Notes under the pieces: model-generated | Databases searched by the model: none | What the model was told of the DNA's origin: nothing | What the model saw: the letters and a program-made list of their open reading frames with translations, nothing else | In this document: in pieces, positions 1-11,704 of the stretch | Numbering within the stretch: the first letter of the stretch is position 1 | How the letters are laid out: each line of letters starts with the position of its first letter | From: Octopus sinensis | Lineage: Eukaryota | Length of the DNA: 33,000 nt | Assembly (NCBI RefSeq): GCF_006345805.1 | Contig: NC_043001.1 | Span: 41,447,001 to 41,480,000 of the forward strand | Direction: 5' to 3' | Position numbers and translations under genes: made by a program

Positions 1-540
1 TGACCTTCAAATGTTGAGTCTCACAAAAGCAATGACAAGTGACCAAGACCTTTGGAGGTATGCTGAGCTTGAGATCTGGCAAGCCATGGCCTATGCTAGT
101 GTCACATAACCAGACCATTTAAGAGTATCCTTCAATCATTGGGCAATATACTGTGCTTGAGAAAACCTGTTGAGTCAAGTGAAATCATTGTCATGACCAA
201 TGCCAGTACTGACTGGCACCCATGCTGGTGGCACATAAAAAGCACCATATGAACATGGTCAATGCCAATGCCGTCTTAATGGTCCAATGTTGGTGGCACA
301 TAAAAAGCACCATTCGAGTGTGGTCGATGCCAGTACCACCTGACTGGACCCCATGCCAGTGGCATGTAAAAAGCACACACTACACTCTTGGAATGGTTGG
401 CATTAGGAAGGGCATCCAGCTGTAAAAATCTTGCCAGATCAAACTGGAGCCTGGTGCAGCCTCCTGGTTTACCAGTCCTCAGTCAAACTGTCCAACCCAT
501 GTCAGCATGGAAAGCGGACGTTAAACGATGATGATGATGA
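1..540 (+). mobile_element. RTE LINE 3' fragment (ORF C-terminus + 3' UTR + (GAT)n tail), older copy, cut by window edge
   Basis: 2-73 translates DLQMLSLTKAMTSDQDLWRYAELE, matching DLRTLGLTMEMTRDRDLWKYAVRE of the 11705-14165 element. Ends AGCGGACGTTAAAC(GAT)n at 527-540. Confidence 0.85.
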
Positions 541-3500
541 AAATGTTGGTTACCCCAGGATTGTACATATTGATAAAGGAATTGTGTTCATTAGTTTTTT
601 TTCCTTTGGTGTTATTAGTTGCATGATGTTTAGTTTCATCGCTTTTTTAATTCCATCATTTATAAATTCTAAAGGGTATTTCTGTTTTTATTGTTATCAT
701 TTTGATTTTAATTCTTATCTTGAAAAGTTCGTTCAAACAAACAAAAATGCTAATAATAAAGAATTATATAATTATCCAAAATTCTGACTGCTCCTTTTTT
801 TCAAGATATATATATATTATTCTAATTAAATGTGGGACATAGATATATGAAAACAGAAACCTCTCATTTGAGGTTTTACACCTTCTAAGTACACAGGTAA
901 ATTCCAGGGATCTTTGATTCTACATCACTATAATTTTTCAAGTATGAAGAATCTAATTGCTGCCAACTGGACTTGAAACAGAATTCTAAGTTAAACATCT
1001 AATTTTATATTATACTTGACCCTTCACTATACTGTCAATCTTGCAAAGGATAAATTCAATTAGAGCTATCAATTGGAATGCATGCGCTTAAATTCTACTG
1101 ATTAATTTCTATCTGTGGGGCAAAATTACAGCAATGCAACAAAGCAAAATATTATCAGGAATTGATAGATATTATATACTGAAGTGATCAGTCTTTCAAT
1201 GCTGAATGAATGTGATCACTCTTTCAATGTTAATCACTTAAACAATGTTAAAAAAAAAATGAAAGCTCTGAGTTGCATGCCAAAACAAAGGAGAGGCGTG
1301 CAGTGAAGACAAAGCAGAATTGGTCAACTTAGGAGAAACAAAGAAAGCTATTGGTATTTTTCAGACTGAAAGGATTGCAATGGAGCAGCTAAGATGAAAC
1401 TCTATTCAGAATGCCAAACATAACTTTGCTGACTGGTTATCAGACCCAAGTACAAAGAGATCTAGTCCAAATACAATTATTTTATTGATTAAAAGAAAGT
1501 GGGAATGCTCAAAATCTACATACTCAGTTAATTAACATTTAAATGATTATGATATAAATAAAAACTTTTAAATTTTAATACACTTAATTAAAATTTGTAA
1601 GTTTAATTTTGAAGTTAGTTGAAATTTTAGTTTAAAAATGTATTCCTGTGTTATGCAAATTTATAATAATGAAAGCTAATTAACTTGCTAATGAAAATGA
1701 AAGCTTATAATAGTTAAATTAGTGTTAATTTATTAAATACATAGAGCATTAAAAAAAATTAAGAAATAATATTGAGGACAAGATTGTTCAGTGGTTATCA
1801 AGGAAAAATAAAATTGTTTAGAGAATATCTTGGAGATACTATCCTTTACTATTACAATAGCTCATTAAAGTATTTAGGTAGAAACAGGCCTACACCTCAT
1901 CTCTATAGGGCATATGTAAACTATATTAAGAGTTGTACAATGGTTATAGTGAAATCGGAAAATGACAAAAAAAATCATACAAGATAAATATATTGCTAGT
2001 AGAAATCATGCATATGAATTTAGAGAAACCCTCATCCATTTATTAACACAGGAAAAAAAAAGAAAAAAAATACAAAACGTGTAAAGGCTAAAATTAGCAA
2101 TATTAATTGTATTTAGAAAAAAATTACCAAGTCTTCACAAACAATATAAACAGCAATTTGATTCAAAATGAAAATTATAGAAACAAGATTACTGTTTATA
2201 AAAGAAACCTCACATTAATGACTTGAATAATTGACAAGGAAATTAACAAATATATACAAGTACATGAAAACATATACTGAAGGCAAATAAAGAATCACTC
2301 CAAACTAAGTTCACAAAATTAAGAGGAATGCATAATGAAATATTTGGATTTTTTTTATTTTTAGAAATAATACAATTTTCAGAAGAAAAGCCATTATTTT
2401 GTATTATATAAGTAGTAATAAAAAAAAATTATTTCTTAAAATGTATTTTTTATACCTTTAGAAAACAGCAATGTCACGAATGGCAAAGTTAACAGAATAG
2501 AGGACAACCTGCCAAAAAGTCAACAGATGATACCCTGTCACTAATGCTGCCTTATTTCCATGGCTAAGAGACTTCAATATTTATTGGTATATACCTGGGG
2601 TACTTTCAGGTATAATTCACTACCATCCTACCCAAATACAAATCTTTTACTTTCACCAACATTATGGATCCACATACTAGGAAATTCCAAGATTGATTGT
2701 TTAGAATAGTGATGTTGAAAGTAGATGAATATGTTATGCTCTGATAATAAAATTATCCAGAGGACAATGAGACAAGTTGAATTATTGAAGATACTGTCAA
2801 ATTTGCATAATGTTTTGTTTTCCCTCATAGAGGTAAAATTGTAAACAATAAGAATGAATTCATTGACTTAAAGTATTAATGACTCAAAATAAAATGCGAG
2901 ACACAATTATTAGTTTATATAACCATGTGTGGAAAGAAAAGCTTTTCACTGCAAATTTATCCAATCAATTCCAGTATGGAAAAAAAAAATGAACACTAAA
3001 ACAAGAATGAGATTCATTCAAATAGTAAAAACTCCTTTAAAAAAATGAAATAATTAAAGCCACTATATGAATGAATGAAGTATATTCTTCCATAATTTGA
3101 AGAGAGAAATGTGTGATGCATAACCTGTGATGGCCTGTTTGAAATAATAGAATGGAAAGTTAGGTAATGTTAAATGAGATTAAAAATTTGTCAGGTTTAG
3201 GGGAATAAATCTGGTGAAAATGCAAGAAATAAGGTTGCAAATACAGATAATACACCATATAAGGAGAGGAATGAGACAAATATATTTTAGAACAATAAAG
3301 CTTGTTATGACATTAAAAGATATACATTGGAGACAGTACAATAATGAGCTAAGGTTTGAAGGTTCTTACAAGAGATAGCTTAGATCTAAAAGTTTTCAAG
3401 AGTTAGATGGATTCTAATTGCATTGCCATTTTATAATGGTTCTGATATCTTAATTGAATTAAAGATTCAAAGTAAGATTTTGATATAATAATTGAATTGA

Positions 3501-3989
3501 AAGCATTAGCTTCCCTTAAGCAAATAGCAATAACAATTAACTTAAGCATATATACTGATATACAACACCTAAATATGTAATTATATAATAATCATCTAGC
3601 AACTTTCATTATAAACAAAATTATATCTTCCTAAGATTATTCCTAATTGAATGTTTGGCAAAGTTCTAACTTCATCTCTGAGAACAAATTAAAAATTTAT
3701 GACACAAATCTTGCAAATAATGTTCCCAAACAGTGGATTTTTGTTGTTGCTTGAAGGTTTTGGTGTATTTTTCATCTCCTTTTCAGAACTTTTATTTATT
3801 GTCTACTTCTAAAAAGGTAAAAATTCATTGCAAACAAAAAATATAGACAACTTTGTCCAGAATTGTATTTTCATAAATGGTACAATTGGCTAGATAGCAA
3901 GTTTTCTAGAGTTAATTTTTAATATTCATCTATTTCTTTACAAGGCTAGACACTTGGAAATGATTCAAGGACCTTATAATCAAAGGGCA

Positions 3990-4068
3990 ATATATATATA
4001 TATTATATATATATATATATATATAGTGTGTGTGTATGCACAGGCAGGTACATACACACTCACAGAGA

Positions 4069-4138
<70 letters not shown>
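3990..4138. repeat. compound (TA)n/(TG)n microsatellite
   Basis: Direct reading of dinucleotide runs. Confidence 0.95.
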
Positions 4139-4141
<3 letters not shown>

Positions 4142-4475
4142 CATCAGTAATTTTTTTACAAATATCTATATTAATTTAGATTTCACTGTCAGTGAATCTG
4201 TCAGTGTAATTATGTTATCATGATGACATTAGAGTCTATCAAGGTCTTTAGTAGAAATATCAGAAATTTCAATATTAAAGAAACTATCACAATCAGACAA
4301 TTTAAAAATACAAATTTACTACCATGAAGAGCTTCAAGACTCACAGCAGTTGCCTAGTTGATCTGAATGTCACACCCCCTCGCATCTCTTTACTACACTG
4401 AACATTTCTATGAATGTCAAGATGGCCTTCATACTGTTCACATCTAACATAATATTTCCTATTTTATACTTTATT

Positions 4476-4812
4476 TTAGTCATTGGACTGTGGCCATACT
4501 GTGGTATCATCTTGAAGGATTTACTTAGTTGAATAAATTACCCCATTATTTAAATTTATTTTTAACAAGATCAGTACTTATTCCATCAGTTTTTTTTTGC
4601 TGAACCTCTAAGTTACAAGGATGTAAACAGACCAACAGCAGCTGTCACGCAGTGGTGGGCTTAGTTAGACAAACATAAACATATGTGCTTCCACACAGTT
4701 TCTGTCTACCAAATTCACTCACAAGGCATTGGTCGGCACAGACCTATAGTAGAAGACAGTTGCCCAAAACCACATCTTTGCAAAGTGAGCTGTTTAACAA
4801 TGAAGCCATGAC
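4476..4812 (-). mobile_element. degenerate tRNA-derived SINE-like repeat
   Basis: The minus strand gives a decayed head (CATGGCTTCATTGTTAAACAGC) then TTGGGCAACTGTCTTCTACTATAGG...CCTTGTGAGTGAATTTGGTAGACAGAAACTG, a body I recall from octopus SINEs. The left end (AGTCATTGGACTGTGGCCAT) recurs at ~11288. Confidence 0.6.
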
Positions 4813-6116
4813 TACACTTATTTGAAAGCTATATTTCATGATTGAAGCTAAAACTGAAATATTGAATAAATCTACGTTTATATGTGTGATCAGCTTGTTA
4901 ATAGGAAGTGGTGGATAAGGTAAATATTTGACCAAAGTTATATGAGCATAAAGGAGAAAGAAATGTTTAGCAAATATTTTCTTTTTTGAATACATGGATA
5001 CAAAATACAATGAATGTTAAGTGGAAAATGAGAAGTAAGTAAACCAATGACTTGTAACTACTGTGCCATATCGCAGCTGTAAGTTAGTAGCCTTTAGCAG
5101 GCCTCTTGAAATTCATGTCTTTTAGAGGTGGAGGATCTACCAAAATATTCTATGCATGACCTCAGTGCTTCTACCTGGTGGCAATCCATGACATTTCCCA
5201 AAGAAGTGTAAATAGTAAGCAGATAGGAAACTGTTTTATTCAAAATGTTTGGAAACTCTTTTTTCTCAAAATGGATGCCTTATCCAATAGTTTCAATTAA
5301 GCACCCAGGGAACAATAATAAGTCTTAAGTTGGCAGTGTGTTAGTCCTAAAAGGTAATAGTATGCAACCCGCTTTTTTCTGGATAGGCTTTTATTTCAGA
5401 ATGATTCTTGAAGTTACATATTTTTTAAGTAAGATTTTATGTGGGGTATAATAATTAATGGCTAGGACGAAGAGAGTGGGGGGGGGAGAAACAGTGAAGA
5501 CAGCATACAAGAGAAATAAGGAAAAAACAGTTATAAAAGCAAAGGCAATTTCAAAAGTGATATAGTACTTTCCCAAAGAAAAAGGCAGTGTGGTGAGAGA
5601 GAAAGATATACAAAAAGATGTAAAAGTGAGTAGTGTATATTGGCAAAAAACCTTCTGGTATTTTGTCCATAAAGATATGTAACTGAATATGTAGGTGAGC
5701 TTAATCATTCAACAACAGGGTGACTACTAGGTTTGCTACAACTAAACCTTAAAAGGTGGAGCATGAACATAAAGTCCAATGAGGGAAACCAGTAAATGAA
5801 TAGATTAATGAAAGAATAACATACTCTACTTCAAGTTTTGAGAGTTGAAAAGCAGAGAATTAGCATACGATTTAACTCAGAAGAATAATTAAGATTAACT
5901 GACATTAAAAGAAAGCAAACATGTCTTAGAGAGGGAAGTCAAAAACATGCATTAGTAGTAGTAGATTTTAATTGGACATTAAAAACTACTACTTACCTTA
6001 ATTGGAGACTAAGGCAAGTTGAATAAAATGCAACAAAGCACAGAGGTTATGTAGAAGGGAAAATGGCCATATAGACCATCTGTTTAGGATTGAGTTAATT
6101 ACACCACTAGCATTTG

Positions 6117-6830
6117 ATAATAATAATGAAATTATTGTATACAGTGCTCAAGTGCACCACAGCTTGTCAAAAGTGCATATAGAGATAATGCAGTAATGTA
6201 CAAATGCCTGGAAAGTGAACAGTGTATCAGTCAGATACATGCTTGCATGTGTATGGAGGGGAGAAAATCAGGTGTAGTGTTGGCGAATCTCAGGAAGTAT
6301 GGAAGTTTTGAAAGATGCAGTGTTCCGACAACTAACAACTGATGCCAGCAGTTTGTTCCATACTTCAGCAACTCTTAGCGTGAAAAAATGTTTCTGAAAG
6401 TCATGGGAGCTCTGCTGTTTTCTGACTTTGTAAACATGTCCACGGGTGTTAGACAGGTGGCATTTGAAAAGGTGCTCAGAGTTATTATTAGTAAGATGGT
6501 TAATAATTTTATGGGTGTGTGCCAAGTCAGTTGCTAGACATTGGAGTTTCAATGTATCCATGCCCAGGGAAGTAAGGCGTTCAGAATATGGCAAATGCCT
6601 GATGGAGGGTATTCTCTTGGTTGCACATGGCTGAATGGTTTCCAGACGATTAATATCCTGGGCAAGATAGGGGTTCCATACCGGTGATGCAAATTCCAGG
6701 TGAGGCTGCACCATAGCTATATAAAGCCTCAGATAGATAGCTGGAGAGTGGCTCACAAAGGACTTGGTAAGTGATGCCAAGACACCATCATGTAAGCTCT
6801 TGTGTTTTGTAAAGACATTTACTTTAGCTT
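6117..6830 (-). mobile_element. CR1/L2-group LINE 3' fragment (post-RT ORF2 C-terminus, 3' UTR, (TTA)n tail)
   Basis: ORF 6268..6780 has LYIAMVQPHLEFASPVWNPY..DINRLETIQ..ATK.I..LPYSERL..L...TRGH.YK...FFTLRVAEVWNKL, the typical CR1 ORF2 tail. ATAATAATAAT at 6117-6127 is the tail. Confidence 0.9.
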
Positions 6831-9083
6831 ATGGTGTGAGAACCAACCAACAATGAAGCTAGATCAGTGTTTTTCAAAGTATACTACACCAAACTTTGAT
6901 GAGAGAGAGTTGCTTCAGAATAAATAAAACGTGAATAAAACTTGCAATAAAATTTTGAAAATTTCTTTTAACTATATGTTTGCTATATACTTTCTTCATT
7001 GCAGTTTTCTTTTGTATGTGAAAATCAAAGTAAGGCATGAGACAAAAAGAAAAAAAAAGGTGTGAGAAACAAAGACCTAGGAGAAATATGGTACAAACTG
7101 ATAGTCTTTTATGAAGAAGCTGATATCTTATCTTATCGGTTTAGCCAACACAAAAATCAAACCATATGGCTGCTAACAAAAAGAAGTACGTTGTAATGGG
7201 GAAAAAATATGTATAATTCCAACTGACTTTCCATGAAGAAGCTCATAGAAAATAATTTTAACAAGTAAAATGGGGAAAAAAAAAATGACAATGACTTAAT
7301 TAGTCATTTGTTATTTTTATGTGAGAAACTAATTTCAATAAAAAAAAAAAAACTTTAAAAACACAATTCGAAGGAGAAAGAAAACAATTTTGAAAAACAA
7401 CTTTTTTTTTCTCTTCAAATATACGAGCCGTATTTTATTATGGTAATGTAGAAAAAGACTAGACCTTAAAGAGAAAACAGGTGTTAAAAAACCTAGACAA
7501 CGAATGAACAAAAACTCGGACACAAATTTACTGTTTAGTACAGAGTTCTTGTTTGGAAAGAAAAAAAAAATTTTTATTTAATTATTTATTCTATTGTAAC
7601 TACAATTTGTTTGTTTGTTTTATTTTTAGAATACAGTTCAGAAGAGAAGAAACAAAATTGAAGTCAAACTGGTACGAGACAGAGATGTGAGAAGGAAAAG
7701 CAGTCTCCACAGTTCACTCCTCAATGTACAAACAATAATTGAAATGTGCACCTGCTCTAAAAGTTGGCTGAAGAATGTTAAACTCATCATTTAGATTTAA
7801 ATCATCACTATAGATTTTACCTACATAAATCCATTGCAATTTTATACCAAGATTATTCAAAGTAAACTTTTTTAGTTGAAAATTAGATTCTCCAGCACTT
7901 TTAACAAAGAATTATCTGAAAACTGATGATATAGATTAATTTAAGGATTGTACAAATACTGAATTCTCCATGGAAAACTGGCAAGCAATTAACATTAAAA
8001 AATTATCCTGGAGATAAATTTAAATAAGATAGGAGAGCAGAATAAAAAACCACTCAAATTTCAATAAGTGGGTAGTTTTATTTTTAAAGGGATGGTCGCC
8101 CCATACGAGTGGGTTATGGGATATATGGATTTTTTAGTATCAATTACACATAATGAAAATCTGGTCTAAGGGAAGGTAGGTTTCTTCACAAAACCAATCT
8201 TTTCTAAATTTAAGAAAGATCTACTAAAACCTCAGATTTAAAAATAGCAACTAACACAGACATTTAATTTTCATATTTTTTAAAATTATTTTCAAAGAAA
8301 TCTAATACTGGATACTATTAAGACATCTAGAAGTGGGTATTAAGTATTTAATACTGGGTCATAGGGATGTTCTCCTCTTTCTCTTTTCGCCAGATGTTTT
8401 ATTCTTTTCCCCCACTTTTACATTGGCTAAATTAGGCAGCATATCATATCCCACCATTCTGTTTGTTTATTTTGTTATATCATTTAATTGATGACAAGGA
8501 TGGAAGCAAAGCGCTCACTCTCCCTTTCTGCCTCAGTCAGACAGACACATGAAAGAAGGACTTTAACGTGACATCAGTATAAGTCTTAAAACTATTTCTC
8601 CGTATGAGGTTTCTACAGATTAGCAATGCATAAATGAAAAGATTAAAGCATAAAGTATACCGATATTTTCAGAATTTCATTTAAGATATCTACAGTCTAG
8701 ATATTAGACAAAACAAGTTTTCTGGATTTTTTTTGGAGATAAATGCAAAAAGAAATTTTGGTTACATGTTTATCAGAGGTAAACATTGACTTTCATTAGT
8801 AACAAATGATGACCATGTAGTTTTGTTTAGTTAGAGTACTAAACAATATCAAATTGAATGCAGATTTAAACGGGCAAAACAATAGTTGCCAATTTACATG
8901 CAAAACTTGAGCAACAATTGTTTCAAATATTGGTTTATTTGCTCTACCACTTCTCTGGCTCATCATTATTTATATTAGTCACAGTCTAGCATAGTGAGAA
9001 GTACAGTCGAGTGAATAGACTTCACTAATTAGTGGATATTTATTTTATGAGTCATATGTAATATATATATTTTTTTTTTATTG

Positions 9084-9386
9084 TATTCACCGTCACCGAC
9101 CAGGCTATCAGATGTTGCTACACATTGCTGGTCACAATGCGCTTTGCATTGTTTTAGCCTTCAAATGACGCCACCCCGCTGGCTAAGCGAACAGGCCAAC
9201 AGAAGAAAAAGTGAGAGAAAGTTGTGGTGAAGAGTACAGCAGCTACCGCCACCACCCCCTACCGGAGCCTCTTGGAGCTTTAGGTGTTTTCGCTCAATAA
9301 ACACACACAATGCACGGTCTGGGAAACGAAACCGCAATCCTATGACCGCGAGTTCGCTGCCCTAACCACTGGGCCATTGCGCCTCC
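9084..9386 (-). mobile_element. tRNA-derived SINE
   Basis: The minus strand begins GGAGGCGCAATGGCCCAGTGGTTAGGGCAGCG (A box TGGCCCAGTGG), has a decayed B box (GGTTTCGTTTCC), then a non-tRNA body. Confidence 0.75.
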
Positions 9387-9446
9387 ACACACATATATAT
9401 ATATATTGTTTCCCAGACCGTGCATTGTGTGTGTTTATTGAGCGAA

Positions 9447-9486
<40 letters not shown>

Positions 9487-9496
<10 letters not shown>

Positions 9497-9669
9497 TAAA
9501 TTAGAGACAAAACCACTATTATACAAATCAAACAAAGAAAGACTTAATCCAATCATCATCATCATCATCGTTTAGCGTCCGTTGATGATGATGATGATGA
9601 TGATTGGATTAAGTCTTTCTTTGTTTGATTTGCATAATAGTGGTTTTGTCTCTAATTTAATATAATATA
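9487..9669. repeat. near-perfect inverted duplication (~83-bp arms, 14-nt spacer)
   Basis: 9487-9569 is the reverse complement of 9587-9669 with one substitution (ATAC vs GCAT); the right arm has one extra GAT unit. Spacer GTTTAGCGTCCGTT. Confidence 0.95.
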
Positions 9670-9748
9670 ATATTTTACTATAAAATTGGATTCAATCCTA
9701 AATCTGATTTTTCCCTGTAAGTTTGGATTTATTCCCTAATATTTAATA

Positions 9749-10132
9749 TCTCTCTATATATAAACGGCAGTTTGTCTGTGTGTGTTTCTGTGTGTCTGTT
9801 TTCTCGTACCCTCACCCTGACCACGGCTTTCAACCGATTCTGATGAAACTTGACACACACATAGCCCAATGTCATAATTCAAAACTAACGCAGCGAAAAT
9901 TTTGAAAAGTTCCCCCAGTTCTGAAAAAAATTGATAAATTCGACATGGGGTCGAGAATCAGAAGCCCAAACCACAGACCGTCTAGGGGACGCAACTCCAC
10001 CTTTTTTTACTCTCAAAAGAAATTTACCATAATTTTTTTCCATTTTTTTGCTATCTTTTGGCTATAACTCTCTAAAAATGCTTTATAGTTATTTCCCTTA
10101 CAAACCTGAGCAACGCCGGGCGATACTGCTAG
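9749..10132 (+). mobile_element. non-autonomous Helitron-like element
   Basis: A|TC 5' end (9748/9749). 3' end CCTGAGCAACGCCGGG hairpin followed by CTAG|T (10129-10133). Inserted between A and T with no TSD, which is the Helitron signature. Confidence 0.8.
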
Positions 10133-10339
10133 TTATATATATATGTAAATATATATATATTACACACATACATATATATTTTACACACACATATATATAT
10201 ATATATATTACACATATATATATACATTACACACATATATATTACACATATATATATACATTACACACATATATACATATATATATTACACACACATATA
10301 TATATATTACCACACACACACTATATATATATATATATT

Positions 10340-10379
<40 letters not shown>

Positions 10380-10418
10380 TATTACACACACACACATATA
10401 TATGTATATATATATATT

Positions 10419-10450
<32 letters not shown>

Positions 10451-10461
10451 TACACACACAC

Positions 10462-10498
<37 letters not shown>

Positions 10499-10722
10499 TA
10501 TATTATATTACACACACACACACATATATATATATATTACAACACACACACACACATATATATATATATTACACACCACACACACATATATATTACACAC
10601 ACACATATATATATTACACAACACACACACACACAACACACACACATATATTATATATTACACACACCACACACACACACACAACACATATATATATATA
10701 TTACACACACACACACACCATA

Positions 10723-10765
<43 letters not shown>

Positions 10766-10783
10766 CACACACACACACACATA

Positions 10784-10866
<83 letters not shown>

Positions 10867-10890
10867 GTTACACACACACACACATATATA
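10133..10890. repeat. long degenerate (TA)n-TT-(AC)n compound microsatellite
   Basis: Direct reading; the same array resumes at ~11176-11272. Confidence 0.95.
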
Positions 10891-10891
10891 G

Positions 10892-11175
10892 CATCATTAT
10901 TTAACGTCCGTTTTCCATGCTAGCATGGGTTGGACGGTTTTGACTGAGGGCTGGCAACCAGATGGCTGCACCAGGCTCCAGTCTTGATCTGGCAGAGTTC
11001 CTACAGCTGGATGCCCTTCCTAATGCCAACCACTCCGAGAGTGTAGCGGGTGCTTTTTATGTGCCACCTACACAGGGGCCAGTCAGGCGGTACTGGCAAT
11101 GACCTCGCTCAAATCTTTTTACATGTGCCACCGACACAGGTGCCAGTGAAGTGACGTTGGTAACGATCACGCTCG
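10892..11175 (-). mobile_element. RTE LINE 3' UTR fragment
   Basis: Reverse complement of the 3' UTR of 11705-14165 (GGCACATAAAAAGCACCC...GTTGGCATTAGGAAGGGCATCCAGCTGTAG...GGACGTTAAA), with a decayed GAT tail at 10892. Confidence 0.9.
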
Positions 11176-11339
11176 ATATATATTACATATATATATTACA
11201 CACCACACACACACATATATATATATATATTACACACACACATATATATTACACACATATATATATATTACATTCTTTTATATGTTTCAGTCCAATGACT
11301 GTTGCCATGCTGGAGCACTGCCATTGTGATCATCTTTCC

Positions 11340-11679
11340 ACTCTCCACCTTTGTGGCAGTGGCTTTTGGTGAAGGATGGTGTTCGGTGTTACTGCCCTCT
11401 TTTGAGTTTCCTGCCTAAATATTTGCTCATCCAGGATCTTGGTGACCCAGAGGTCAAGTTCATGTTTGAAAACATCTACATCCACCCCATGGAGGCTCCT
11501 CAGATACTTCGGCAGACAGTTAAACAGCTGTGGGCCCTTGAAACCCAAGCTATTGCAGTACATCATCCTTGCCCACGATGAAGCATTTGGCATAGTGGCA
11601 ACAGCACAGTGACGTCCTGATCGTGGTCTGGTATAGCTCTTTATTCCAAAGTTTAGTACCAGCCCTTCCAGTATCTACC
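11340..11679 (-). mobile_element. CR1-group LINE 3' coding fragment (second family)
   Basis: Minus frame W*ILEGLVLNFGIKSY...GRHC...NSLGFKGPQLFNCLPKYLRSLHGVDVDVFKHELDLWVTKILDE matches the C-terminus of invertebrate CR1-like ORF2. It differs from the 6117-6830 family. Confidence 0.75.
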
Positions 11680-11704
11680 ATATATATATATATATATATA
11701 TATA

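Noticed and set aside
1260-1450. Possible Tigger/pogo HTH relic (GETKKAIG)
   Set aside because: The similarity is limited to a few residues, with no TIR or DDE region.
5391-5708. 105-aa hydrophobic minus ORF
   Set aside because: It is the antisense of a purine-rich tract; the plus-strand KTFWYFVHK resemblance to a LINE is too weak to call.
10048-10923. 291-aa His/Thr/Tyr/Ile ORF
   Set aside because: It is a translation of a TA/CA microsatellite that has no stop in this frame; it starts in a Helitron end and finishes in an RTE tail.
11623-11704. N-terminus of the 509-aa ORF
   Set aside because: Chance read-through from an antisense CR1 fragment and (TA)n into the truncated RT; not a real start.
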